From Flectonema sp. DT1601 (lineage: Eukaryota): a DNA stretch of 64,000 bases. Each line of letters begins with the position of its first letter. Position 1 is the first letter of the stretch. Location: positions 124,001 through 188,000 of the forward strand of contig OZ025805.1 of the NCBI GenBank assembly GCA_964019425.1, in the 5' to 3' direction. Shown here in pieces: positions 11,553 to 23,001 of this stretch. Under the pieces are notes generated by a model. That model ran no database searches, had not been told where the DNA came from, and was given only the letters and a program-made list of their open reading frames with translations. The position numbers were made by a program, and so were the translations under genes.

Positions 11553-11941
11553 AGACCTGAAAGGTCAAGAGAAGTGACTTGTAAACAGTAAAATAAGAAA
11601 CGATCACCAATACACAAATAGTGGTGACACTACTAAGACTTGAAAGGTCAAGAATAGTAATTTGTGAACAACGAGACAAGAATCTATCTCCGATAGTAAT
11701 AACCAGTGAGATGTCTGTGTTGTTGGAATTTGAATTGCGGAAAGCAATCTGTTTGGCATCCGAAAGAAGCAGCTCACCGTCAACAGTGAGGCAACCATCT
11801 GCTGTGAATGTCGGAGTGTCCAGATATAAGTACTCTGTAATGTGGTCTCTCATCCAAAGAAGCAGCTTCTCCCGTTTTGCATCATCAACAAACCAGCTTT
11901 TACCGAATATCCTGAACTACTTCTTCCACATTTCCAACTCG
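11549..11941 (-). pseudogene. Truncated Ubl-LRR fragment (linker + ~2 broken repeats)
   Basis: ELEMWKK* carries a premature TAG, followed by the linker MRDHITEYLYLDTPTF.... The Ubl N-terminus and the C-cap are missing. Confidence 0.85.
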
Positions 11942-12300
11942 TATGCTAGCATTCCCTGCTTTGACACCTTCGTCGCCGTCACAAATAGTGATACCGTATC
12001 CTGGTTTACCGGGACGTCGTTCCGTTCTACCCAAATCAGCAGTCGGTCCCAAAGACACTGCCTGTTGCGCATCGTACTTTGAGCCCATATCTTCCCTGCT
12101 ATCCGTTCCAGTGTTAGCAACGAATCGTTCAGATCCGACGTGAACTCTTTGTTCCGTCCTTTCTGGATCCTCCTCACCTGATCTTCTATTTGATTTTTCA
12201 GATCAGGCTTCCAAATAGAGTTGAAACCTCGGCGCCTTCTGAACTCTTTATTTTCTCTCCCATCTTCATTATTCGGTCTGGGCGTTCAAAGAAGCTCGTC
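11942..12300 (-). mobile_element. Fragment resembling the N-terminal part of a TATE/DIRS-type tyrosine recombinase ORF
   Basis: More GC-rich open frame LERIAGKIWAQSTMRNRQCLWDRLLIW...SLFVTATKVSKQGMLAY. The resemblance to kinetoplastid TATE proteins is from memory only. Confidence 0.35.
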
Positions 12301-13332
12301 AAACCTCGATTCTGGGGATTATAAGATCGACTTGAATGTGGATCGCTGATACATTCGAAAAATAACGGGGGATGTTCCCTGTTGAAGAGGGAGTTACAAC
12401 GCTGCCAAATGTGAAAGATGTTATTGAGTTGTCAATATCTGTAGTTTGGAGCTGGCGGTTTTTCAAAAACTTCAATTCCGAAACCCAGCACCCCACTCTT
12501 CTGACGCTGCCTCAATTGCGTCACTCATCAGCGTGTCTTCGGTAACCACAAAAACGGAACAGCCAGAAAATCTCCATCTGGACAGGAAATGGAAACTTGC
12601 ATGTTGTCTGTGCCGCTAAAATGAGGAGGAAATGAGTAATTCACTTTCCATTACTTTTATGCACCTGAGAAAGAAGTATATGTTAAGATTGAAGGCAAAG
12701 ACAAACACCAGAATTGTATCCAACAAAGAAATATCTACACTGTGAAGGGGTGCAGATTACTTCTGCGTAAGGGGTTATGTTTTAAAGTAGTAGTTGGAGG
12801 AAGAGGAGTGGGAGCAGAATCCGAAAAAGGGAATAAGGGGAAAATTACACTAAAGGAAAGAAACGTTCTTTATCTACCAAAAGGGGATTTCACCGCAGGA
12901 GGAGACTTAACCGACCGAGAAAGATATTTAGAAAGCTTTGATTCTGACCAGTCAGGATTGATCAGTGCATCTACTATAGAAAGGTCGTCTATAACAATAT
13001 TTAAGTCGGTAGTTTTATATGAAATATCAATAACTTCCATAACATGGTTCTTCACATCAGAGCGCAGAAGTGAGAAACTTGTCTTCCTTTCGATCCGCGC
13101 GACTACTTTCCTCCTCACAAAAACACCCTGAAGCGGAAACTTGAACAATAACAGATTGTCAGATAACTCAATAAGATGACTATTAAAATTGTTAATAGCC
13201 TTCTTGAGGTGTTATCTGAAATATATTTCTCCTTTTTATAATATTCTCGCGGATTTGGAGATTTTCTTTCAAACTCGCGATTTTTTCCACAAGTAATATT
13301 TCCCTGCCACAGAAAGAATTTTAGGGTCAAAT

Positions 13333-14035
13333 CATAGATGGAAATTTGGAGGGCGCCTGGTGAAAATCAGCCACAAAAATTTGTAGGGCCAAAATAGGGC
13401 GCTGGAGGGCGCTTTTTTAATTAAATTTAATATAATGCCGAGCTCATTTTGACACACCTGCCCTCAGAGAGGGTCGAATCGCATCTTATTTGACTTTTCT
13501 CCGGTTCGCCCGATCAAATGCGTCTCTGGGATATCAGTTTACTTGCCACCAGTAAACTTCTTTTTTTTCTCACAAGTGAAGACCGGCCTATTAACAGGTT
13601 AGCAAGAACGCACTCTCCCTCCTCGAATCCCTCTATATCCGACTCGGTGCATTCTGCGGGCTAATCAGCTCCTTGTAGATCTGGGATGCATCGTCCACTG
13701 AAATGAGTTTCAGCTTCAGGGATTGCAGCAGGCTCCGGAAGCTCTCAAGGAGTGGCCCATTGTTTTTGCCATTGTTGACAGCCGAACCAACCTGGAGGTC
13801 TCGGGTTCGAACCCCGTGAAACCCTTTTTTCTCTTTTTCGAAAGACAAGCATGTCAAAAAAAAAATTTGGCTTCTGCGTCAAAATACATGTGCGTCAGTG
13901 TAAGTCCCCGTCAATTTAGCTGTCTTATAGTAATAAAAAAGGTAAAAAAAAGCGCCCTCCAAAATAATATTTATATTAAAAGCGCTCTACAAGCGTCCTA
14001 CACGCCCTCCAAATTGTAGGGCACTTCTATCTACA
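13333..14035. mobile_element. 703-bp non-autonomous insertion with imperfect inverted termini (identical copy at 25883-26585)
   Basis: Absent from the other cassette copies. The left end catagatggaaatttggagggcg resembles the reverse complement of the right end (tgtagatagaag...aatttggagggcg). It is flanked by a 27-bp imperfect direct repeat at 13306-13332 and 14036-14062. Confidence 0.7.
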
Positions 14036-14116
14036 GCCACAGAAAGATTTTTAGGTTCAAATAATTAATAAAACAAAAATAACAAAAAACAAAAATTTAA
14101 GAAATAACTCACCACT

Positions 14117-15502
14117 TTATCCTGAATAATCAATCGCTGCTTTCACAGACTTCTCAAAGAGAGCGCTATTACTTTCAGGCAGCTGCACAGATTCAAGAGC
14201 GTTGCATTCACTGAGAAAGCGATCACCAATAGTGCTGGCACTACTAAGACCTGAAAGGTCAAGAGTAGTGATTTGTTTACAGAAATATAAGAAATAATTC
14301 CCAATAGTGGTGACACTACTAAGACTTGAAAGGTCAAGAGAAGTGATTTGTTCACAGTAAAATAAGAAACGATCACCAATAGTGGTGACACTACTAAGAC
14401 ATGAAAGGTCAAGAGTAGTAATTTGTGAACAGTTAGACAAGAAATAATCACCAATAGTGGTGACACTACTGAGACTTGAAAGGACAAGAATAGTAATTTG
14501 TGAACAGTTAGACAAGAAATAATTCCCAATAGTTGTGACACTACTAAGACCTGAAAGGTCAAGAGAAGTGATTTGTTTACAGGAATATAAAAAGAATTTC
14601 CCAATAGTGGTGACACTACTAAGACCTGAAAGGTCAAGAGAAATGATTTGTTTACAGCAAGACACGAAATTATCACCAATAGTAGTGACACGACTAAGAC
14701 CTGCAAGGTCAAGAGAAGTGATTTGTTCACAGAAATATAAGAAACGATCACCAACAGTGGTGACACCACTAAGGCCTGCAAGGTCAAGAGAAGTGATTTG
14801 CTCACAGGAATATAAGAAATCATTCCCAATAAAAGTGACACTACTTAGATCTGAAAGGTCAAGAGAAGTAATTTGTGAACAGTTAGACAAGAAATAATCA
14901 CAAATAGTGGTGACACTACTGAGACTTGAAAGATCAAGAATAGTAATTTGTGAACAGTTAGACAAGAAACTATCACCAATAGTGGTGACACTACTAAGAC
15001 TTGAAAGGTCAAGAGAAGTAATTTGTGAACAACGAAACAAGAACTTATCTCCGATAGTAGTAACCAGTGAGATGTCTGTGTTGTTGGGATTTGAATTGCG
15101 GAAAGCAATCTGTTTGGCATCTGAAGGAAGCAGCTCACCGTCAACAGTGAGGCAACCATCTTCTGTGAATGTGGCAGTGTCCAGATATAAGTAATCCGTA
15201 ATGTGGTCTCTCATCCAAAGAAGCAGCTTCTCCCGTTTTGCATCATCAACAAACCAGCTTTTACTGAATATCCTAAACTGTTTCTTCCACATTTCCAACT
15301 CGCTGTTTGCAACCACTCCATGATCTGCCAGCCGATCAGTTTCGCAAAGGGTATCACCAGCAAACGAGAGTTCAACTTCCTCCGGATCGACATCCCACTC
15401 CCCAGCCGCCGCCGTCAACACGTCGATCACAACTGAATCAGCACCAGCCGTCACTGTCACTGCGGGGAGTCCCCAATCCGGACACGTCACAAAAACTTGC
15501 AT
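14117..15502 (-). CDS. Ubl-LRR protein B (461 aa; 11 full LRRs)
   Basis: Paralogue of A. The true start is taken as the conserved MQVFVTCP ATG at 15502. It is exactly 100 aa (4 repeats) longer than A. Confidence 0.85.
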   Translation of the reverse strand: MQVFVTCPDWGLPAVTVTAGADSVVIDVLTAAAGEWDVDPEEVELSFAGDTLCETDRLADHGVVANSELEMWKKQFRIFSKSWFVDDAKREKLLLWMRDHITDYLYLDTATFTEDGCLTVDGELLPSDAKQIAFRNSNPNNTDISLVTTIGDKFLFRCSQITSLDLSSLSSVTTIGDSFLSNCSQITILDLSSLSSVTTICDYFLSNCSQITSLDLSDLSSVTFIGNDFLYSCEQITSLDLAGLSGVTTVGDRFLYFCEQITSLDLAGLSRVTTIGDNFVSCCKQIISLDLSGLSSVTTIGKFFLYSCKQITSLDLSGLSSVTTIGNYFLSNCSQITILVLSSLSSVTTIGDYFLSNCSQITTLDLSCLSSVTTIGDRFLFYCEQITSLDLSSLSSVTTIGNYFLYFCKQITTLDLSGLSSASTIGDRFLSECNALESVQLPESNSALFEKSVKAAIDYSG

Positions 15503-15809
15503 TGTTGCCTTCTTTTTTGAGTTACGGGCTGTTAATATATGGCTGCTGTGTAAAGAATGTGTGGATGTTGTGTTCCAAACGCCAGGCGGCAACAATTATA
15601 TAAATACGATCCCCATATTGAATCATGCCTGAGGCTTACCAATATAACTAATGTGTCCTCTCTCGTACTGCATATCATAAATGACGCAGTACATTCAAGA
15701 GTGTGAGCTTCGAAAGAAAGTCAACCCAAATATTGCCCTTCGCGATAATTTATAATTCTCTGTTGGGTCCCCGGAACTTTGATTTTCTCTGTTGTACACC
15801 ACCCAAAAG

Positions 15810-18195
15810 AGTTTTGTAAAAACAAAAAGAAATAAAAGGGAAAACCCATAATTCCGCACAAAGATTTTTCAAAATTCCAGATTTCAACAAAAGGTTTCGA
15901 AAAACCGCCAGCTCCAAACTACAGATATTGACTACTCAATAACATCTTTCACATGTTGTCTTAAATCAACTAAACAGACTCTCGACGTCGAGTGGGTCCC
16001 ACCAACGCAGAGCGAGATTTGGTCACCATGCGTGACAATCCCGCGACAGTCTTTTCCCCCTTCCCCTTTTATTTTGTATTTGGGTATAGATGCGACTGCG
16101 AAAAGCAAAAACTTTTTGTGTGTGTTCGTAAAGGCTTTTTCTTATTTCCGACTAGCAGCCAAGCCTTATGCAAGTGATTCTTAAACCGCGTTTTTCGTAA
16201 AGGTTTGAATTGATATCCTTCCTCACTCCTCAGTAGTGCTGTCTGATTCCTCAGTAGTGCTATCTGACCCTCGGAGGTACTACTTGGTGGGTGAGATTTG
16301 ACTATTTTATATCCAACAGATCCCCGTATTTGCACACAAAGATCGTAGTCACCTCTGATGCAGAGGGTACAAAAGCATGAAACGGCGTGATATCCCATTG
16401 TAAAGTCTTGTACTTCATTTTGATAACCTCACTAGCGAGCGGAAGGAGAAGAAGTTACTACGGATACCGGTCAAGATTATCTCTCCGTGTCAAGGGGATA
16501 CGTCGGTAATGTCAGGTAAAAAATTAAATACTCGCTCCGAGATGGGTTTGGAGGAATCAGCGATAGCCATCTTAGTGCGGGCAACTTCAAAAAGAGATTT
16601 CGCATCACTTATTTCACCTGTCAAGTTGTAGCGATGTGCAGAGCGCCCAATGTCAAGAGCAAACCTCTTCAATTGGTATCCCTCAGAATCCCATGGTCCC
16701 TTACTATGTCCTGTAGGAAAGCAGTCCCATGTTACATCTTTATCTATTGCTGCCATCCAGTCAAGCATGTATTTAACTTTGAAGCGATTACCTCCTTCGC
16801 TAAAATTGTGAAAGTGAGCAAAATCATCCTGCAGCGTATCCAGCAAGTGTGACAGAGCCTTGCAGACAGCTGGAAAAGTCTGAGTGAGATTGTTTGATAT
16901 ATAATAGTGGGTAGTGTATTGAATTATCCGTGTGATGAAAAGTCTGAGTGTGATTGCAGGTTTGCTGCTTAACCTTTTTATTACTGGTGTTGATGGAGAG
17001 TCCCTCTTGCACTTTGCGGCATTTCGCAAGTGCGAATAACACGAAGTGTAAACACAGTTTTCAGGGAGCCTGAAGCTTCCTGTGACATGTGAGATGCCAC
17101 CTACAGTGGCAACGAGTTGAGGTTGGTATCCTACAAATATTCCGTAGTCTCAATGACATGAAATACGAGTGGGATACCTCCACCGCGATATTTGCAGTAC
17201 TCACTCCAAGCATGTTGATACGGGTGTCTGCAACACCTCTTAAAGACTTTAATTCTTTCCCCGTCTCTTATTATCCAGCGTTCTTTGCATGACTCGTCTG
17301 GTTCTGATGCCTCAGACATCCACCATTCGGTGATATCCTGAGTGAGGCTCCGGTTTCCTGATTTACACGAGGGTGTAGTTGGTGATGGTGACACGTGACT
17401 CAGAAGAACATTCTCAGCACGTCGAACCAATGTTTTGACAACTATTTCAGGGAAGCTTCCAACAAGTGGGCCATTATCACCACCACAGACACAGATGCAA
17501 CATTTTCTGTTAAATATATTTCAGTAATTTGCAGCATCCCAAAGCACCGTTTCACCAAGCATCGAATTTTTCGATGCGTTCCCATAATGTAAATCCAACA
17601 TTCTGATTATTAGTTTCTGTAGTCGTTAATACCAATTCTTAATTCACACCCATTTATCAGATTTCGAACCCCATTTCGCGCATACCTTTTTCACGAATTT
17701 TAAATTGCAACCCAACGAACAGAACTGGGACCGGCAGCGGCGTCCAGCCCATCCATGGCGGACCCACCACAACCCCAACGCGGTGACCTACTCGCATGGG
17801 TAGTCCACCAAGTTGACCATTGTTTAGTTTATTGATATCACCGAGTGATTTGTTTCTCATGTTTCCTTTCTTCCAAACAGGTCCCAAAGGATGCAAGATA
17901 ATTACCTTACATAATTGCTACTAGGGTTGATTGGTTAGTAAAAAAGTTCATATCTCTTGAATGAGGGAGAAGAAAGAAAAAATAGTTAAAAAAAAAAAAT
18001 TAGGGGTGTTTTTTACTGTAAGCAAAAAATGCAACTCTCTTGAGGGTGGGGAAACAAAAAAAAAAAGTTTTAAAAAAAAATTAGGGGTGTTTCTTACTTA
18101 GATTTTCTCGATCTTTCCATTCCAGGTCTGGGATTAATATTTATCATTGAGTAGTACCAAGGAAATCTTGCAAAGAGACGTTTATCTCTTTTTAG
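15810..18195 (-). mobile_element. Decayed Sola-like (probably Sola2) DNA transposon with fragmented transposase
   Basis: FSEGGNRFK...WDCFPTGHSKGPWDSEGYQLKR resembles the SDG...HGKGxxDG...KR transposase core, followed by SCFCTLC. It carries frameshifts and shares subterminal sequence with the MITE at 20445-21221. Confidence 0.6.
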
Positions 18196-18738
18196 TTTTC
18201 GTCAAGGGAAGACCACCAAGTTGACAACTATATATGTTTATGATTCATTATTATGCTTGGAGTGGATGCAGAACCCAAGGCAGCTGTAATTCCCCTGCTC
18301 ATAGAAGTGGGAGTTTAGTTCTTCTGGGACTTGAGGCAGAGATCCCTTTTCCTTGTAGTCCAGTTTGACTACTAAGCTATCCCATTATGTTTATGATTAC
18401 CGAGTGAATTGTTTTTCTATCTTCTTTCTTTTATCAGGTGCAAAAAGAATGCGTAGCTAATTACTTTGTTGTAATGTTTATAATAAAACATTCTTCTTGT
18501 TGTTACTAGTTCGTAGCACACTTTCAGGGGGAAATTTGATACGATACGAAAAGATTTATCTGGGAAGAATACTGCAGGTCTTTGCACAAAATTTTTGGGG
18601 GGGCGGAATAGGCAAAAGTTTTGGCACCTTTCCCGGGTTGAGAAGTATGAGACACAAAAGAGTACAAAAGATAACAAAGTTCAGTTTTGAGGAAAAAAAA
18701 ACAATCACATACCAGGATAGCATCGCAGCACTTCCAGA

Positions 18739-20360
18739 CTTCAGCATAAAACATGATTTCAGCTATCAATGCGTAGTCAGGTATCATCATACAGATTGGT
18801 CTGAACAATGCTTTTAGGTTATCAGGAAGTTCAGTTCTACCCGCATAGCCAGGATTCATTGTGATAAAAACACCAAAATTTGAATTTAATCTCATCTTGT
18901 GACCATCAAACATCATCGTGTCTTTTCCTTCTGCAATAGCAAGAGTCACTTCGAGCATTTGCTGAGCGACGACTGAGAGTACTTCGATATCAATACGGTT
19001 AAATTCATCAAAACAGGCCCATGCACCTGCCTGGGCTAATCCAGCAAACATTTGAGACAACTTCCAAATTGACTTTTGAACTTTTTTCAAAAATAGCATT
19101 GCAGTCTCTGACCCATTCCGCAAAATATTTCAAAGGAACGATTCTCTTTTCATCTAATCGATGTCTCATTGCTTCCAGTGATTGGACTCCCTCTCGCTCA
19201 AATGTAACACGTGAGATTTCTTGGGCACGCTTTGTCGCTAACTCCAAGAGACATGTTTTAATCTGGTCAAGGATGCCGTCCAGAGGTTGCAACAACTCAC
19301 CAATTAATTTTCTTATGTATATGTGCAGTATTCCGTGATCTGAGTCATGCAGGCGTTCCAACTCTGCCTTAAACGTATTCTTAACCCTTTTAATGTATTT
19401 TGTGAAATCTTGAGCAACCAGTGTGTCTCTCTCGTTTATCCAACGTTTGTGTTCCGTCTTCCACTCTTCATCAACGAAATGTTTACATGAACGACATCCT
19501 CTGTAGTCTTGCGATGCAGCTCGAACGAAATCTGGTCAAGGATGCCGTCCGGAGGTTGCAACAACCCACCAGTTAATTTTCTTATGTAGATGTGCAGTAT
19601 TCCGTGATCTGAGCGAGAAGATAACGAAATGCTTGTTGAAGCTGACTGTGTTGGGGTACCAACATTAAATTCTAACTTTGATCAAATTGACGCGTTACTT
19701 CAAACGTAACAAGCAGGTCTCTTGATCTTTCAGGTTGTTTCTCATGACTGACAAATTGCTCAGATTGACGTAAAACTGATTTAAATACATTCTCCGTCAC
19801 CATCATATCTGAAAGTCTAACGAAGTTACCGCGAATGCCTTGTACGTTAAATAATTTTTAAAAAATTTAATTTCCGTCAACTCATCGAACAGACTTGACT
19901 CTCTCATCCAGTTCGAAGTAGTAAATAATTCCGGTGATGCGAAAGGTCTCACGTGCACTACACCTTTACCGCTGATAACCCAATGCTCTGGATCTTGTTC
20001 GCCTCTCAAAACAAGAAAATGTCATACGGCCGATAGAGTAATGAACTAATATCATTATTGCAGTATACAAATCGAAAAGACGGCTTCGGTGTTGAACTGA
20101 AAAATGAAATCACGTGCTGGGCATTTCTCAATCGTCCAACCGGCTCCTTATCCCCACTAGTGATTGCTGGCAACGGTCCAGCAGGTTTGTGTGGTATGTG
20201 ATACTTTTGATAGTGATGCATAATTTAATTGTGAGTTGTGCATATCTGAAAAAATTAAAACTAAAAGAAAGAAAACAAATTAAAACATACAATCACAGAA
20301 CAAGACCATTGGGATTACGGGGGTCGGGAAGTTAATTTGCAAATTCTAACTTAGCAAGTC
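18739..20360 (-). pseudogene. Rearranged duplicate fragments of the dynein gene (copy 2)
   Basis: Pieces matching dynein ~3478-3798, ~6034-6497, ~6238-6320, ~6683-6902 and ~7599-8130, joined at short microhomologies. Confidence 0.9.
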
Positions 20361-20444
20361 TGCATGTCGTCTGTGCCGCTGAAATGAGGAGGAAATGAGT
20401 AATTCGCTTTCCATCACTTATATGCACCTGAGAAAGAAGTATAT

Positions 20445-21221
20445 CAGTCATTCCTTTTTTTTGCGAACAAATTTTGGACATTGAAAAAGATTTTCAAAAA
20501 GAAATTGTAAAATTTTCGATCGAAGCGGCATTTTAATGCGCTGCATCATTGGGTTCATTTCCGTCCGAAATCGGGAGGTTGGCATCACATACTTGTCACC
20601 CGAATTGAGAAAAGAGATTTTGTGGTTTACTAAATCAGCTCAGCCGTGGACAAGTACCAAAACTAAAAATTAATCGAAGGGTCTAATTTTACACTGCTGG
20701 TCCAGCGGGATCCAGAGAAAAAATAATCGAGCAAAAATATATTAAAGAGTACTAAGCATGTGCCGGTGAGGCAGATTGTTACTACCTGTCTTTTTGGACC
20801 TACTTTGATACTTAATGATCATTATCACCACCACAGATGCAACATTTTCCTTACATAATTGCTACTAGGGTTGATTTGTTAGTAAAAAGGTGCATATCTC
20901 TTGAGTGCCGGAGAAGGGGGAAAAAATAGTAAAAAAAATAAAATTAGGGGTGTTTTTTACTCAGATTTTCTCGATCTTTCAATTCCAGGTCTGGGATTAA
21001 TATTTATCATTGAGTAGTACCAAGGAAATTTTGCAAAGAGACGTTTATCTCTTTTTAGCAGCACTTACCATGTTTAAAAGTATATCCCTATGCCTAATTT
21101 TACAGATCGCACCCTCCCCGATTCCAAAAAATAAAAAATCGAGCAAAAGTAACATATCGTGTAACCTTGCTCAGGCGGTGAGAAAATGGTGTTTTTTGTT
21201 CGCAAAAAAAAGGAATGACTG
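20445..21221. mobile_element. 777-bp MITE, non-autonomous derivative of the Sola-like element
   Basis: ~27-bp terminal inverted repeats (cagtcattcc-T-run-gcgaacaaa / tttgttcgc-A-run-ggaatgactg). The ATAT target is duplicated relative to the empty site aagtatatgttaa in the other cassette copies. Confidence 0.9.
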
Positions 21222-21915
21222 ATATGTTAAGATTGAAGGCAAAGACAAACACCAGAATTGTATCCAACAAAACAAGTATTTACACTATGAAGGGGTGCAG
21301 ATTACTTCTGCGTAAGGGGTTATGTTTTAAAGTAGTTGGAGGAAGAGGGGTGGGAGCAGAGTCTGAAAAAGGAAAAATTATACTAAAGGAAAGAAGCGTT
21401 CTTCATCTACCCCAAGGGGATTTCCCCGCAGGAGGAGACTTAACCGAGAAAGGAATTTAGAAAGCTTTGATTCTGACCAGTCAGGATTGATCAGTGCATC
21501 TACTATAGAAAGGTCGTCTATAACAATATTTAAGTCGGTAGTTTTATATGAAATATCAATAACTTCCATAACATGGTTCTTCACATCAGAGCGCAGAAGT
21601 GAGAAACTTGTCTTCCTTTCGATCTGCGCGACTAGTTTCCTCCTCACAAAAACACCCTGAAGCGGAAACTTGAACAATAACAGATTGTCAGATAACTCAA
21701 TAAGATGACTATTAAGATTGTTAATAGCCTTCTTGAGGTGTTATCTGAAATATATTTCTCCTTTTTATAATATTCTCGCGGATTTGGAGATTTTCTTTCA
21801 AACTCGCGAGTTCTTCCACAAGTAATATTTCCCTGCCGCAGAAAGAATTTTAGGGTCAAATAATTAATAAAACAAAAATAACAAAAAGCAAAAATTTAAG
21901 AATCAATTCACCACT

Positions 21916-23001
21916 TTATCCTGAATGATCAATCGCTGCTTTCACAGACTTCTCAAAGAGAGCGCTATTACTTTCAGGCAGCTGCACAGATTCAAGAGCG
22001 ATGCATTTACTGAGAAAGCAATCACCAATAGTGGTGACACTACTAAGACTTGAAAGGTCAAGAATAGTAAATTGTGAACAGTTACACAAGAAACCATCAC
22101 CAATAGCGGTGACACTACTAAGACTTGAAAGGTCAAGAATACAAATTTGTGAACAGTTAGACAAGAAACAAGCACCAATAGTGGTGACACTACTAAGACC
22201 TGAAAGGTCAAGAGAAGTAATTTGTCTGCAGGAAGACAAGAAAAAATCACAAATATTGGTGACACTACTAAGACCTGAAAGGTCAAGAGAAGTAATTTGA
22301 AAACAGGAATGTAAGAAATCATTCCCAATAGTGGTGACACTACTAAGACTTGAAAGGTCAAGAGAAGTGATTTTTTCACAGGAAAATAAGAAATATTTCC
22401 CAATAGTGGTGACACTACTTAGACTTGAAAGGCCAAGAATAGTAATTTTTGAACAGTGAGACAAGAAATAATCACCAATAGTGGTGACACTACTAAGACT
22501 TGAAAGGTCAAGAGAAGTAATTTGTGAACAGTTAGACAAGAATCCACCTCCAATAGTAGTAACCAGTGAGATGTTTGTGTTGTTGGAATTTGAATTGCGG
22601 AAAGCAATCTGTTTGACATCTGAAGGAAGCAGCTCACCGTCAACAGTGAGGCAACCATCTTCTGTGAATGTGGGAGTGTCCAGACATAAGTACTCCGTAA
22701 TGTGGTCTCTCATCCAAAGAAGCAGCCGCTCCCGTTTTGCATCATCAACAAACCAGCTTTTACCGAATATCCTAAACTGCTTCTTCCACATTTCAAACTC
22801 GCTGTTTGCAACCACTCCATGATCTGCCAGCCGATCAGTTTCGCAAAGGGTATCACCAGCAAACGAGAGTTCAACTTCATCCGGATCCACATCCCACTCC
22901 CCAGCCGCCGCCGTCAACACGTCGTTCACAACCGAATCAGCACCAGCCGTCACTGTCACTGCGGGGAGTCCCCAATCCGGACACGTCACAAAAACTTGCA
23001 T
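21916..23001 (-). CDS. Ubl-LRR protein C (361 aa; 7 full LRRs)
   Basis: Intact paralogue with the same architecture and different residues at the variable repeat positions. Confidence 0.85.
   Translation of the reverse strand: MQVFVTCPDWGLPAVTVTAGADSVVNDVLTAAAGEWDVDPDEVELSFAGDTLCETDRLADHGVVANSEFEMWKKQFRIFGKSWFVDDAKRERLLLWMRDHITEYLCLDTPTFTEDGCLTVDGELLPSDVKQIAFRNSNSNNTNISLVTTIGGGFLSNCSQITSLDLSSLSSVTTIGDYFLSHCSKITILGLSSLSSVTTIGKYFLFSCEKITSLDLSSLSSVTTIGNDFLHSCFQITSLDLSGLSSVTNICDFFLSSCRQITSLDLSGLSSVTTIGACFLSNCSQICILDLSSLSSVTAIGDGFLCNCSQFTILDLSSLSSVTTIGDCFLSKCIALESVQLPESNSALFEKSVKAAIDHSG

Noticed and set aside
13789..13830. tRNA gene
   Set aside because: Only a 3'-half/T-arm-like segment is present; no D-arm or matching acceptor stem was found.
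14117..15502. Identification as tubulin cofactor E/TBCEL or as a surface BspA adhesin
   Set aside because: The domain order is reversed relative to TBCE (Ubl is N-terminal here), there is no CAP-Gly domain, and there is no signal peptide or membrane anchor.
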